Origin: Planctomycetota bacterium | GTDB taxonomy: Bacteria > Planctomycetota > Planctomycetia > Gemmatales > HRBIN36 | Assembly (NCBI GenBank): GCA_014584395.1 | Contig: JACTMY010000018.1 | Coordinates: 30,342 to 94,341, forward strand | Direction: 5' to 3' | DNA length: 64,000 bases | Part shown: positions 40,281 through 50,250 of the stretch, piece by piece | How the letters are laid out: every line of letters begins with the position of its first letter | Position numbering within the stretch: position 1 is the first letter of the stretch | The notes under the pieces: model-generated | Seen by the model: only the letters and a program-made list of their open reading frames with translations | Told to the model about the DNA's origin: nothing | Databases searched by the model: none | Program-made: the position numbers and the translations under genes

Positions 40281-41030
40281 TTAACCATCAATGGCGGGAG
40301 CTTGTGCTAGAACGAGTTGGTTGGCCAGGGCCAGGGACTCCATCGTGCCCGCATCGGTCCAATAGCCTGAGAGCAAGCTGTATCCAAGTCGCTGGTTCTC
40401 CAGATAATAGCGATTCACATCGGTGATCTCGAGTTCGCCGCGCCAACTCGGTTTCAGGGTCCTCACGACTTCAAACACATCTGGCGGATAGATGTAAATG
40501 CCCACGACCGCATAATTGCTCTTGGGCTGTTTCGGCTTTTCCTCTATGCCGATGATTTGCTTTCCCTTGACCTCGGCAACGCCAAAACGTCCCGGATCGT
40601 GCACCTCCTTGAGGGCAATCCATGCCCAATTGGGATGAGCTGATGCCGCCTGAAGGATCGGAACCAGGGAATCATAGAAGATATTATCGCCTAAAATGAC
40701 CACGGAGCGGCAATCGCGGCTAAACAATTCCGCCAGCCCCAGAGCTTGGGCAATCCCTCCTGCCTCGTCTTGGACCCGGTAGGTGAGCGAGCAACCATAA
40801 TGGCGTCCCGAACCTAAAAGCTCGACGAAGTCCCCCATATGCTCCGTGCCAGAGACGAGCAACACGTCGCGTATGCCCGCGCCGACTAACTTTTCGATGG
40901 GATAGTAAACCATGGGCTTGGGACCGACGGGCAATAGATGCTTGTTCGTAACTTTGGTCAATTCGCCCAGTCGCGTTCCTTTGCCGCCTGCCAAGACAAT
41001 CCCGCGCCAGGATGGAGAGTTTTGGTTCAT
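40281..41030 (-). CDS. Sugar-1-phosphate nucleotidylyltransferase (RfbA/RmlA-like)
   Basis: GIVLAGGKGTRLGELTKVTNKHLLPV N-terminal motif. Start at ATG 41030. Confidence 0.8.
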   Translation of the reverse strand: MNQNSPSWRGIVLAGGKGTRLGELTKVTNKHLLPVGPKPMVYYPIEKLVGAGIRDVLLVSGTEHMGDFVELLGSGRHYGCSLTYRVQDEAGGIAQALGLAELFSRDCRSVVILGDNIFYDSLVPILQAASAHPNWAWIALKEVHDPGRFGVAEVKGKQIIGIEEKPKQPKSNYAVVGIYIYPPDVFEVVRTLKPSWRGELEITDVNRYYLENQRLGYSLLSGYWTDAGTMESLALANQLVLAQAPAIDG

Positions 41031-41161
41031 GAAGAAAGATCCTTGGGTCGTTGTTGAAAGTGCCATCCCTTGCCTGTCCTCACTTTATCGCATCGCGTGC
41101 TGCTGTCTACGCGAATGTGAAGGGGCGGCGTCGTTTAACCATGGCGTGCTTGTTACCTCTC

Positions 41162-42163
41162 CTAAAGAAGCAGCACGGCCAATGAAAAGTAAACCATGAT
41201 CGTCATGATATCCGTCAGGGCCAAGGTGATAGGACCGGAAGCAATTTTGGGGTCCAACCGCAAAGCGTGCATTAATGATGGAATGCTGATCCCGATCAAG
41301 CAGGCCACAATCACCGTCAACCCGATGCTCAGGCCAATCGCAGCCGCTGGCATGGCCATGCCATGAGTGACCACGATCAGCACGGCGACCAGCAAACAGC
41401 AACCCAAGCCCAACATGACCGCGGTCAGAAATTCCCGCAGCAATGACTTTTGAAACCAACGCAACGTTGGCGACTCGACGCGGAGAGATTGGATGGTCAC
41501 GGTCATCGATTGCACACTGACACTTTCGGCCAACCCCAGCACCAACGTCATGAAAAAGGCCAAGATCAAGGAGTCCGCCAGCGTCTTCGCGAAGAATCCC
41601 GTTAACAAGGCGCAGATCGTGCCGCTGGCGATGGTCGCCAGGAGCCAAGGAAAGCGATAGCGAAACGCCTTGTGCGGCGATGCATCGCGCAGTTGTGCAA
41701 TGCGAAAGCCCAAGGCTTCGAACATGGCATCCGATTTCTCGCGCTCCGCCAAGGTGAAGACTTCTTCTGCAAACAAGCTAATGTCCACCACGCCCTTAAG
41801 CCGTTTGTGGTCGTCGACAATGGGGAAGGCTAGAAAGCGGTGCATGACAAAAAATTCGCACGCCTCCAAAACCGAAGCCGATTCAGGAATCGCGATGACG
41901 TTGCGAATCATGATATCGGATAGGGACTGTGTCAACTGGGCGGTAAGCAACCTGCGGGTGGGGACGACACCGACGAGTTTGCCTTCCTGGTCTGTCACGT
42001 AGAAGTAGATAATCCGCTCGCCAACGCCATGTGTCCGGACGAAACGCAGGGCATCATCCACCATCATGTCTTGACTGAGTGTATAACCGATGGGTTGGGC
42101 ATGATTGAGGATGGGGTCTTGAAGCTGGTGGGCATGCAATTGATTCATTGAAAAGACCTTCAT
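41162..42163 (-). CDS. mgtE: MgtE-like divalent-cation transporter (CBS pair plus TM domain, no recognisable MgtE N-domain)
   Basis: Tandem CBS region (VIAIPESASVLEACEFFVMHRFLAFPIVDD...) followed by FRYRFPWLLATIASGTICALL and five TM helices. Only 333 aa. Confidence 0.75.
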   Translation of the reverse strand: MKVFSMNQLHAHQLQDPILNHAQPIGYTLSQDMMVDDALRFVRTHGVGERIIYFYVTDQEGKLVGVVPTRRLLTAQLTQSLSDIMIRNVIAIPESASVLEACEFFVMHRFLAFPIVDDHKRLKGVVDISLFAEEVFTLAEREKSDAMFEALGFRIAQLRDASPHKAFRYRFPWLLATIASGTICALLTGFFAKTLADSLILAFFMTLVLGLAESVSVQSMTVTIQSLRVESPTLRWFQKSLLREFLTAVMLGLGCCLLVAVLIVVTHGMAMPAAAIGLSIGLTVIVACLIGISIPSLMHALRLDPKIASGPITLALTDIMTIMVYFSLAVLLL

Positions 42164-42352
42164 CCAATTGATTCAAAGTTGAGAACAACAAGGAAGCAAA
42201 CCAGCAATTATTATCCACTTGAACAGATCAATGCAGACGCACGGATTAGAAGAGACACAACAAGCCGCAACCTTCGCAGAAAACAACATTTTATGAATTT
42301 GCATGATCTGGGACTAATGGGGCTACCCCTGGATTAAAGTAACCATAATAAT

Positions 42353-42372
42353 ATGACTGACTGGTCAGTCAT
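42353..42372. promoter_or_regulatory. Putative TetR operator (inverted repeat)
   Basis: ATGACTGAC-TG-GTCAGTCAT, perfect 9-bp arms, 19 bp upstream of the TetR start in an AT-rich spacer. Confidence 0.55.
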
Positions 42373-42390
42373 TTAATTTCAAGGATACAG

Positions 42391-43086
42391 ATGTCTAGCT
42401 CCACGACCCCAGAACGAAGACCTGGCAGGCCGAAAGACCTCACCCTGACTGACCGTCGCCGTGAGGAGATCTTAAACCAAGCAACGGCATTGTTCGCCCA
42501 GCGCGGCTACCCGAAAACGGACATCGACTCCATCGCCCAAGCCTTAAACCTTGGTAAGGGCACCATTTATCGCTACTTCTCCAGCAAGCAGGAACTGTTC
42601 TTTGAAGCCGTCGATCGCGGCATTCGCCAACTCATCGAACAGGTGAACCAATGCATGACCCATGTCGAAGATCCCATGGATGTCTTGGCGCAAGCCATCC
42701 GTTCCTATTTGGCCTTTTTCGACCAACACCCGGAATTGATCGAGTTATTCATCCAAGAGCGGGCCGAGTTCAAGGATCGCGACAAACCCACTTACTTCAA
42801 ATATCGCGATTCCTCCAAAGGCCCCTGGAAAGCATTGATCGAAGAGCTCATCGCCAAGGATCGCCTGAGGTCGCTTCCTTTTGAAACCATCTCCACCGTT
42901 GTGGGCGATCTGCTTTACGGGACGATCTTCACGAACCACTTCACGCAACGGCACGTCCCTCTCGAAGTGCAAGCGAAGGAGATCCTGGAGATCGTTTTCT
43001 GGGGCATTCTAAGCGAGCAGGAGCGACGGAAATTGCAATCATCCATGAACAGAACCCTTGAAAGCACGAATCATGCCGACGGCTAA
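42391..43086 (+). CDS. TetR/AcrR-family transcriptional repressor
   Basis: N-terminal HTH TDIDSIAQALNLGKGTIYRYFSSKQELF. AAGGA SD before ATG 42391. Confidence 0.9.
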   Translation: MSSSTTPERRPGRPKDLTLTDRRREEILNQATALFAQRGYPKTDIDSIAQALNLGKGTIYRYFSSKQELFFEAVDRGIRQLIEQVNQCMTHVEDPMDVLAQAIRSYLAFFDQHPELIELFIQERAEFKDRDKPTYFKYRDSSKGPWKALIEELIAKDRLRSLPFETISTVVGDLLYGTIFTNHFTQRHVPLEVQAKEILEIVFWGILSEQERRKLQSSMNRTLESTNHADG

Positions 43087-43132
43087 CGTTCCGATGCCCA
43101 ATGGCATGCAACCTCAATAAGGTAGGTCCACT

Positions 43133-44443
43133 GTGAGCTTGAAACGACTGTTTTCCTGGTTTGGCATGGCCAGCATTACCCTTCTGGTCTTTGTGGGTGG
43201 CTACTGGCTCATCGCGGGAAATCCTTTTCATCAGCGAGAACGAGAGGCCTTGCCGCCATGGCCAACATCCAGCGTTGAGCAATCGGATGCGGCGGCCGTG
43301 ACGGTGGCGCCCGTGGTCCATCGCGCGGTGGAGCGCCGCATTGAAGTCGTGGGGACTTTGCATGGCTTCGAGGAAGTCAGTTTGGCCGCGAAAGTGGATG
43401 GTCGAGTCCTCAAACTGCTGCACGACGTGGCCGAGCAATTGCCTCCGGGAGAGCCGATTATTGAACTCGATCCCACCGACTTCCTCTTGTCCGTGAGGCA
43501 GGCCGAGAAAGCCCTCGAAGTCGAGTTGGCGCGCCTGGGGTTGAAGGCCGTGCCCGACAAGGAAATTGATATCCAACAACTCCCTGCCGTCGTGCAAGCC
43601 AGTGTCCGTCTGGAAAATTCACGGCTCAGACTGGATCGCGTCCGCAAGGCTGGCGGCGCGGCTTCCCCGGAGGATATCTCGGAGCGATTGACCGAGACCA
43701 GGCTCGCCGAGTCAGAGCTTGAAAATCAGATCATCCTGGCCAAGACTTCCCTGGTTTCCATTCAACTCAAGCAAGAAGCCCTGGCCTTGGCCAAGCAACA
43801 GTTAATCGACACGATCATCCGCGTCCCTTCACCATCGCAAAAGTTGCCCGGCCACCAATCTTCGCCGATCACCTACACGATCTCTCACCGTTCCGTGGCC
43901 GAAGGCTCCTTTGTCCGGACCGGTTCAGAAGTGGCGCGGCTGGTCATCGACCAGGTGTTGAAGTTGCGCGTGCAAATTCCCGAACGGCACACGGCCGACA
44001 TCCAGTTAGGGCAAAAAGCCAGCGTGTTGACGGCGGCTTATCCCGAACCCTTTGTCGGCACGGTGACGCGTATCTTTCCCGTGGTGGATCCCGTCAACCG
44101 CACCTTTGAAGTCGAAATGCTGATCGACAATCTCGATCGCCGGCTCAAACCGGGCAGTTTCGCCAAGGCTTCCATCATCATTCGCCTGGATGAACAAGCC
44201 CCCACTGTTCCTTTGGAGGCCATCAGCTACTTCGCGGGGGTCAACAAAATTTATGTTCTCCAAGGGCAGACGGTGCGCTCGGTTCCCGTGTCCCTGGGAG
44301 AACAATCGACGACGTGGGTCGAAATCCGCGAACCCGCATTACCCAAGGAGACCCTGGTTGTCGTGAGCGGCTGGTCCAAGTTGGTGGATGGATCGACCGT
44401 CCGCGTCCGTGAACCTGCTTCAACCCTGCCGACGCCGCGCTAA
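43133..44443 (+). CDS. RND efflux periplasmic adaptor (membrane fusion protein)
   Basis: N-terminal TM, lipoyl/coiled-coil/beta-barrel layout, ...LKPGSFAKASI... motif. GTG start with AAGGTAGG upstream. Confidence 0.85.
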   Translation: MSLKRLFSWFGMASITLLVFVGGYWLIAGNPFHQREREALPPWPTSSVEQSDAAAVTVAPVVHRAVERRIEVVGTLHGFEEVSLAAKVDGRVLKLLHDVAEQLPPGEPIIELDPTDFLLSVRQAEKALEVELARLGLKAVPDKEIDIQQLPAVVQASVRLENSRLRLDRVRKAGGAASPEDISERLTETRLAESELENQIILAKTSLVSIQLKQEALALAKQQLIDTIIRVPSPSQKLPGHQSSPITYTISHRSVAEGSFVRTGSEVARLVIDQVLKLRVQIPERHTADIQLGQKASVLTAAYPEPFVGTVTRIFPVVDPVNRTFEVEMLIDNLDRRLKPGSFAKASIIIRLDEQAPTVPLEAISYFAGVNKIYVLQGQTVRSVPVSLGEQSTTWVEIREPALPKETLVVVSGWSKLVDGSTVRVREPASTLPTPR

Positions 44444-44496
44444 GGAAAAGCGTTCTTGCTTCGTGCATGGTTTCGACCCGAAAGTGCCTCAATCGC

Positions 44497-47400
44497 ATGA
44501 CCATCTCTGAAATTTGCATTCGCCGGCCTGTGTTCACCTGGGTCCTCATGTCCATCCCCGTGGTCTTGGGACTGGTGTCCTACTTTCGTCTCGGCGTGGA
44601 CCTGTTCCCCAAGGTTGATTTTCCGGTCGTTTCGATCATCGCCAATCTTCCGGGAGCCAGCGCCGAGGAAGTGGAAACCACGGTGACCAAGGTGATCGAA
44701 GAGGTCGTCAATTCCGTCTCCGGCATCGATGAATTGCGTTCCATCACCCGCGAGGGAGTGAGCATCGTCACGGTGCAGTTCGTCCTCGAGAAAAATGGCG
44801 ACATCGGCGCTCAGGAAGTGCGCGACAAGATGTCTTCCATCACCAAGATTCTGCCTCAAGGCATGGACCCGCCCATCGTCAATAAATTTGACATCGACGC
44901 GGCCCCGATCATGACGATTGCCATCTCGGCGCGGCGCGACGTCCGCGAGGTGACCGAAATCGCCAAGCGGCAGATTCAAGAACCGCTGCAAACCGTCCAT
45001 GGCGTCGGCTCCGTGTTTTTGACCGGCGGCCATACCCGGGCCGTCAATGTCCGCGTCAACCCGGAAAAATTGGCAAGCTTCCAGCTTTCCGTGGAAGATG
45101 TTCGACTGGCCTTGATCATGCAAAACCTCGAAGTGCCGGGCGGCATTGTCGAACAAGGCCCAAGAGAATTGGTGCTGCGCACCCTGGGCCGCATTCCCTC
45201 CGCCCCGCAATTCAATGAACTGATCATCGCCAATCGCAAAGACTTTCCCATCCGCATCAAGGACGTGGGGTGGGCCGAGGATTCCATCGAGGAGCCGAGG
45301 GGACTGTCGCGCCTTGATGGCGAAAACGCCGTCAGCTTGTTTGTGCAAAAACAGTCCGGCACGAATACCGTGCAAATATCCGATGCCGTTCAAGCCAAGC
45401 TTGCCGAATTGAAGCCCATCCTGCCTCAGGATTTCCACATCGAAATCATTCAAGATCAATCCCGGTTCATTCGCTCCTCGATGGAAGAGGTGAAGTTTCA
45501 CCTGTTGCTCGCGGGGATTCTGGTGTCCCTGACAATTCTCCTTTTTATCCGCGATTGGCGAACCACGGTCATCGCCACACTGGCAATTCCCACCTCCATT
45601 GTCCCCACCTTTTTGTTCATGTGGGTTATGGGCTTCACGCTCAACAATATCACGATGTTGGCGTTGATCCTGGCCATCGGCATCGTGATCGACGACGCCG
45701 TCGTGGTTCATGAAAACATTTTTCGCCACATGGAAGAGATGGGCAAAGATGCCATGACCGCGGCGCGCGATGGCACCAGGGAGATCGCCCTGGCCGTGCT
45801 GGCCACCAGTTTATCCCTGGTCGTCATTTTCTTGCCCGTGGCCTTCATGGGCGGCCTGGTCGGACGCTTCTTCAGCAGCTTCGGGATGACCGTGGCCTTC
45901 GCCGTCATGATGAGCCTCTTCGTTTCCTTCACACTGACCCCCATGCTCTGTTCGCGTTTTCTCAAACTCGACGCCCAAGGACCCGGCCATGCCTCGTCCA
46001 AGTCAGGCTGGTTTTATCGCCTGGTCGATGGTTCCTACGGACTGGCCTTGCGCTGGGCCATGCGGCACCGCATTTTGCTGACCTTCCTGTGCATCCTCGT
46101 CATTTTGTCCACCGGTCCCATCGCCATGAAGCTAGGCGTCAACCTGGTCCCGCGCGACGACCAAAGCGAATTCCAGGTCGCCTTTATCACGCCCGAAGGG
46201 TACACCCTGGACCGCACCAATCAAGTCATCACGGAAATCGAACAACGGCTCATTCAATTGCCTGGCGTGACCAAAAGTTACGTGGTGATCGGCGAAAACA
46301 CCGGCACTAGCGGCAAGGGGCAAGGCGATGTCACGCGCGGTTCGATCTATCTTCGGCTCAAGCCGTTGGCGGAACGTCGTTATAGTCAGTTTGACGTCAT
46401 GGAAAGGGCCAGGCTGATCCTGCTCGATTATCCAGATTTGCGCTGCGCCGTCACCGACGTCTCCGCCATTGGCGGCACGGGTCAGGATAGCCGCACGTTT
46501 CATATGAGCATTCAAGGCCCCGACTTGATCCAACTTGAAAAGTATGCCCAAACCCTCCAAAGCCGACTCCAGGAAGCAGGCGGCCTCACCGACGTGGACA
46601 CCACGCTGTCCATGCGCAAACCCGAGGTCCAAGTCTCCATCGACCGCGAACGGGCCAGCGATTTGAACATTCCTATTCAAACCTTGGCCAACACCTTGAG
46701 CGTGCTGGTCGGGGGTCAAATCGTGACGAAGTACAAGGAGGGCGTGGAGCAGTATGACGTTTGGCTGCGTGCCGAGAAACCCTTCCGAGCCAATCCGCAA
46801 ATACTCGACACGCTGCTCATTCCCTCGCCCAAGGCCGGCCTGGTTCAACTGTCCAGCCTTACCCATTGGGTCGAGGCGCGTGGTCCGAGTCAGATCGACC
46901 GGTTTAATCGCCAACGGAACGTGACCTTGCTCGCCAACCCCGAACGAATCTCCCTGAACGAGGCCGTCGTGCAAGCCCAAGGCATTGTCAAGGAGATGAA
47001 CCTGCTGCCGGAATATCATGTGTCCTATGGCGGGCAGGCGAAGATGCTGGGCGATACCGCCTATTATTTCCTCGTCGCGCTGGGGCTCAGCATCTTGTTC
47101 ATGTACCTCATCTTGGCTGCACAATTCGAAAGCTGGCTTCATCCCGTCAGCATTCTCTCGGCGCTGCCCGTAACGATTCCGTTCGGGCTGCTTTCTCTGC
47201 TGTTATTCCGTCAGCCGATGGACCTCTATGCGATGTTTGGCCTTTTCATGCTCATTGGCATCGTGAAGAAAAACGGCATTTTGCAGGTGGACAAAACCAA
47301 CGAATTGCGGCGCGAGGGCATGGAGCGGGAGGCGGCCATTCTCGAAGCCAATCACACGCGCTTTCGTCCCATCCTCATGACGACCGTCATGCTCGTGGCG

Positions 47401-47610
47401 GCCATGATCCCGATCGCCTTGGGCACGGGGCCCGGCTCCGGGGCCAGGGCCAGCATGGCCAAGGTCATCATCGGCGGCCAAGTCTTGAGTCTGCTGCTCG
47501 CACTCTTGGTCACGCCCGTCACTTACTCGCTTTTCGACGCCATGTCCACCTGGCCAGGCCGGCTCAAGCGTTGGCTCACCAGGCGCAACGATGTGAAGAC
47601 GATTGAGTGA
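44497..47610 (+). CDS. RND efflux permease (AcrB/HAE family)
   Basis: MTISEICIRRPVFTWVLM N-terminus, 12-TM plus two large loops, ~1035 aa. ATG 44497 is preferred over the track start 44467. Confidence 0.9.
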   Translation: MTISEICIRRPVFTWVLMSIPVVLGLVSYFRLGVDLFPKVDFPVVSIIANLPGASAEEVETTVTKVIEEVVNSVSGIDELRSITREGVSIVTVQFVLEKNGDIGAQEVRDKMSSITKILPQGMDPPIVNKFDIDAAPIMTIAISARRDVREVTEIAKRQIQEPLQTVHGVGSVFLTGGHTRAVNVRVNPEKLASFQLSVEDVRLALIMQNLEVPGGIVEQGPRELVLRTLGRIPSAPQFNELIIANRKDFPIRIKDVGWAEDSIEEPRGLSRLDGENAVSLFVQKQSGTNTVQISDAVQAKLAELKPILPQDFHIEIIQDQSRFIRSSMEEVKFHLLLAGILVSLTILLFIRDWRTTVIATLAIPTSIVPTFLFMWVMGFTLNNITMLALILAIGIVIDDAVVVHENIFRHMEEMGKDAMTAARDGTREIALAVLATSLSLVVIFLPVAFMGGLVGRFFSSFGMTVAFAVMMSLFVSFTLTPMLCSRFLKLDAQGPGHASSKSGWFYRLVDGSYGLALRWAMRHRILLTFLCILVILSTGPIAMKLGVNLVPRDDQSEFQVAFITPEGYTLDRTNQVITEIEQRLIQLPGVTKSYVVIGENTGTSGKGQGDVTRGSIYLRLKPLAERRYSQFDVMERARLILLDYPDLRCAVTDVSAIGGTGQDSRTFHMSIQGPDLIQLEKYAQTLQSRLQEAGGLTDVDTTLSMRKPEVQVSIDRERASDLNIPIQTLANTLSVLVGGQIVTKYKEGVEQYDVWLRAEKPFRANPQILDTLLIPSPKAGLVQLSSLTHWVEARGPSQIDRFNRQRNVTLLANPERISLNEAVVQAQGIVKEMNLLPEYHVSYGGQAKMLGDTAYYFLVALGLSILFMYLILAAQFESWLHPVSILSALPVTIPFGLLSLLLFRQPMDLYAMFGLFMLIGIVKKNGILQVDKTNELRREGMEREAAILEANHTRFRPILMTTVMLVAAMIPIALGTGPGSGARASMAKVIIGGQVLSLLLALLVTPVTYSLFDAMSTWPGRLKRWLTRRNDVKTIE

Positions 47611-47645
47611 AACGGCTCTCGGCGCCGCACGGTGCGTGATGACGC

Positions 47646-48074
47646 TTATTGTGGTTTGTTCTCGCAAGGGGTCAAGACCTTCGGAACGCAGTGGAGCGTA
47701 TCGCAATCAGGTTTGACTTTCTTGACCAATTGGTTGACCTTGCGAACCTTGCCACATTCGCCGCAGCCCGTCGCGCACGCATCGCAGCCATTGCCCTTGA
47801 ACCAGGAAAAAAGACTGCACTTTTCCAGACAGACGTATTTTGGCTTCGTCGTGTAAACGGTTTTCGTGTGCTTCTTCACTTCAGGAACACAGACAACGCA
47901 CTCCTCCTGGCAGCATTTGCCAGGGCATGGCGTAGGACAGGCCGAACCCGTTTGGATGACCATAGGAATCGAGGGCACCGACTCTGGCAGCGGCGGCACT
48001 CGACGAGGTTCTTCGGCCTGGAGCCAAAGACACGTCAATAGCCATGTGTTGGACGCGATCACCATGCGGATCAT
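47646..48074 (-). CDS. Secreted Cys-rich, Lys-rich small protein (142 aa, 16 Cys), function unknown
   Basis: Strong SD (AAGGAGA, 7 nt upstream of ATG 48074), hydrophobic N-terminus, CxxC-containing half-repeats (CVVCVPEVKKHTKTVY..; CGECGKVRKVNQLVKKVK..). Lies 49 bp downstream of the porin gene on the same strand. Confidence 0.6.
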   Translation of the reverse strand: MIRMVIASNTWLLTCLWLQAEEPRRVPPLPESVPSIPMVIQTGSACPTPCPGKCCQEECVVCVPEVKKHTKTVYTTKPKYVCLEKCSLFSWFKGNGCDACATGCGECGKVRKVNQLVKKVKPDCDTLHCVPKVLTPCENKPQ

Positions 48075-48123
48075 GGATGTTTCTCCTTGGAATTAATTGT
48101 TTCGAAGTCACCCTTGGCCTGGT

Positions 48124-49746
48124 TTAGAAGTCAAAAGCATAGCGAATGCCAAACCCTTGGACGAAGCCATTGCTATCGCCCGTTGGGATCGAGCGCCGGC
48201 CATAGGAATAGTTGAATTGCCATTTCGAATTGGGATTCCAGAACCAATTCAGGCCCACCGTGATGTCTTCTGCCTTGCCGCCGTTGATGTTATTGTCGTT
48301 GAGATCGATCCAAGAATAGCGGACGCCGATCTGCCAGGCGCCCCAGCCCGCGGCCAGGCCGCCCTCTTCGTCCTTAACCAGGAAAAAGTTCTCGTTGGGA
48401 ATCACGCGATCGAAGCGCGGATATTTCTTGTCATAGCGCCGATGTTCGCCCGTCAAGAAGTACTGCACTTCGACGTAGGCGCTCTGATAAAAGGTGGTTC
48501 CCAGGCTCGTCTTGTTCGCGGCAGGGAAATTCGAGCCGTTGACCCAAGTCCCAAAATACTCCGCTTGAAGCGACCATGGCCCCATGACGACGACGAATTC
48601 AGGCACCATGAGCGTTTGGCTGTCACCACCCAAGGTGATGTCAAGCAGTCGCGTATGCAGCGCGGCAGGGCCATTCCGCAGCGGCGTGCGGGCGCGGAAA
48701 CGGACGTTGTCATTGTCCAAGTCGCGATGGCTGACGGCGACGCCGACGTGGACCAGGCAGCGGCCTTCTGCTTCATAGACTGGCAATCCCGTGAGTCGGC
48801 CCGTAATGTCATATTCGCCGTCGCCGACGTTGAAGCCAAAGACCGTTTGATTATTCTTGAAGACGCCGCCGGCCCAATGAATGCGATCATCCAGGATCGT
48901 TCCAAAGGCTTGAATGCCTGGCCGAAAGCCGTTGTCTAGCCCGCCGATGAAGGCATCGAAGGCATAGGATCGCTCGATGAAGTTGAGCCATCGGCTGCTG
49001 GTCAGATGCTCAAAGCTAATCGGCGCTTTCTGATTGCCCACGCGCACATGCTCGATGATGGGCAACTGGTTCATCTGAATCCATAGATCAGTCGGTCCGG
49101 TGACGTTAGCCGTGGTCCCACCGGCATTGGCGTTGGCGGAATTGAACGTATTGACGAAGTCGTATTCGCAGGCAAAACTGAAGACTTCATAGAACTGACC
49201 TTCGATCAAGAATCGACCGCGGCGGAACTCCACCCCATCGTCGATCCGTCCAGTGCCTCCCGGACCGTACATCAAGCGATCCGAAGCGGACATCCAGGTG
49301 CTGTCGATTTGCGTGCGGCCGCCAACGTGAATCTTGAAGGCCTTGTCGGCGGTTTCGACTTGCAGGCCATGGTTCCAGGTGGCGTTCAGCTTCAAGTCCG
49401 AACCGACCACGGTGCCTTCCTCGGCAGCTTGTTTTTTCTTGGCCTCCTCGTCGGCTTTCTTCTTTTCTTCTTGTTCTTTGAGGATATCCGACACCATGGT
49501 GCGAACGTCTCTGTGCGTCTCTTCGCGGTTGGAGACGGGCACGACGCCTTGTTTGCCCTTCAGCAGCTCCAGCAATTCTTGATTTTGCTTTTCAAGCTTC
49601 TCGATTCGCTCTCGCAACTCATTGACTTCCGATTTTTCGTCAGCCTGAATCGGCGAGGCGATCAGAAACAGCCAGGCGCCTGCAACGCCAGCCAGTTGAA
49701 TGAAATGGCGTCCTTTCAAACTCAATGAGCACCTCGATGCCGACAT
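48124..49746 (-). CDS. Outer-membrane porin (OprO/OprP-like beta-barrel) with N-terminal coiled-coil segment
   Basis: Signal peptide ...AGVAGAWLFLIASPIQA, then coiled coil EVNELRERIEKLEKQNQELLELLK, alternating amphipathic beta-strands, and C-terminal ...GFGIRYAFDF. ATG 49746 with AAGGAG upstream. Confidence 0.6.
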   Translation of the reverse strand: MSASRCSLSLKGRHFIQLAGVAGAWLFLIASPIQADEKSEVNELRERIEKLEKQNQELLELLKGKQGVVPVSNREETHRDVRTMVSDILKEQEEKKKADEEAKKKQAAEEGTVVGSDLKLNATWNHGLQVETADKAFKIHVGGRTQIDSTWMSASDRLMYGPGGTGRIDDGVEFRRGRFLIEGQFYEVFSFACEYDFVNTFNSANANAGGTTANVTGPTDLWIQMNQLPIIEHVRVGNQKAPISFEHLTSSRWLNFIERSYAFDAFIGGLDNGFRPGIQAFGTILDDRIHWAGGVFKNNQTVFGFNVGDGEYDITGRLTGLPVYEAEGRCLVHVGVAVSHRDLDNDNVRFRARTPLRNGPAALHTRLLDITLGGDSQTLMVPEFVVVMGPWSLQAEYFGTWVNGSNFPAANKTSLGTTFYQSAYVEVQYFLTGEHRRYDKKYPRFDRVIPNENFFLVKDEEGGLAAGWGAWQIGVRYSWIDLNDNNINGGKAEDITVGLNWFWNPNSKWQFNYSYGRRSIPTGDSNGFVQGFGIRYAFDF

Positions 49747-50250
49747 CCCGCGGACTCCTTTCCACCCGGCGTATTGTTGGACTGTCCCACCGGATTGATG
49801 ATCGATACCACTTGAAGAGATGATTCGCTTCAAACAATTACTTGGCTTGTGGGTGCGGCATCGGGGATGTGAATCCAAGCTTTCCTTTCATCGTCGAAAT
49901 AGGTAACACAACCATGATTTTCATCATTCAGGGAGAGTCAACCTGGCAGTTCGAGTCAATTCAATGCTTACCATCAGCAAGAGCATGAAATCAGGCACGA
50001 ACAGCAAGACTCGAATCGTTGACAAATCTTGACATGGGTTTTTTGCAGCTCAATGAAATCGTCGTGAAGAGACAATGGTCGCGCCCCAATTTGACCCACG
50101 GCTTAGCGGCCAAACATCCCGCATTACCCATCATGCCTATTTTTACGGTTGGTTTACTTCAATCAAGATTGTGTATGAACACGGTTCGCTCCTCCATCCG
50201 ATACATTCGATATGGGTTAGCTTGGTTATCCATGATTGAGTTACTGTCGC

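Noticed and set aside
42164-42352. M-box (Mg2+) riboswitch upstream of the mgtE-like gene
   Set aside because: The spacer is short and AT-rich, and I see no extended conserved helices. The palindrome there is better explained as a TetR operator.
44440-47142. Minus-strand ORFs 44440-45729 and 46132-47142 inside the RND permease gene
   Set aside because: They are shadow ORFs. The plus frame gives an unmistakable AcrB-type sequence.
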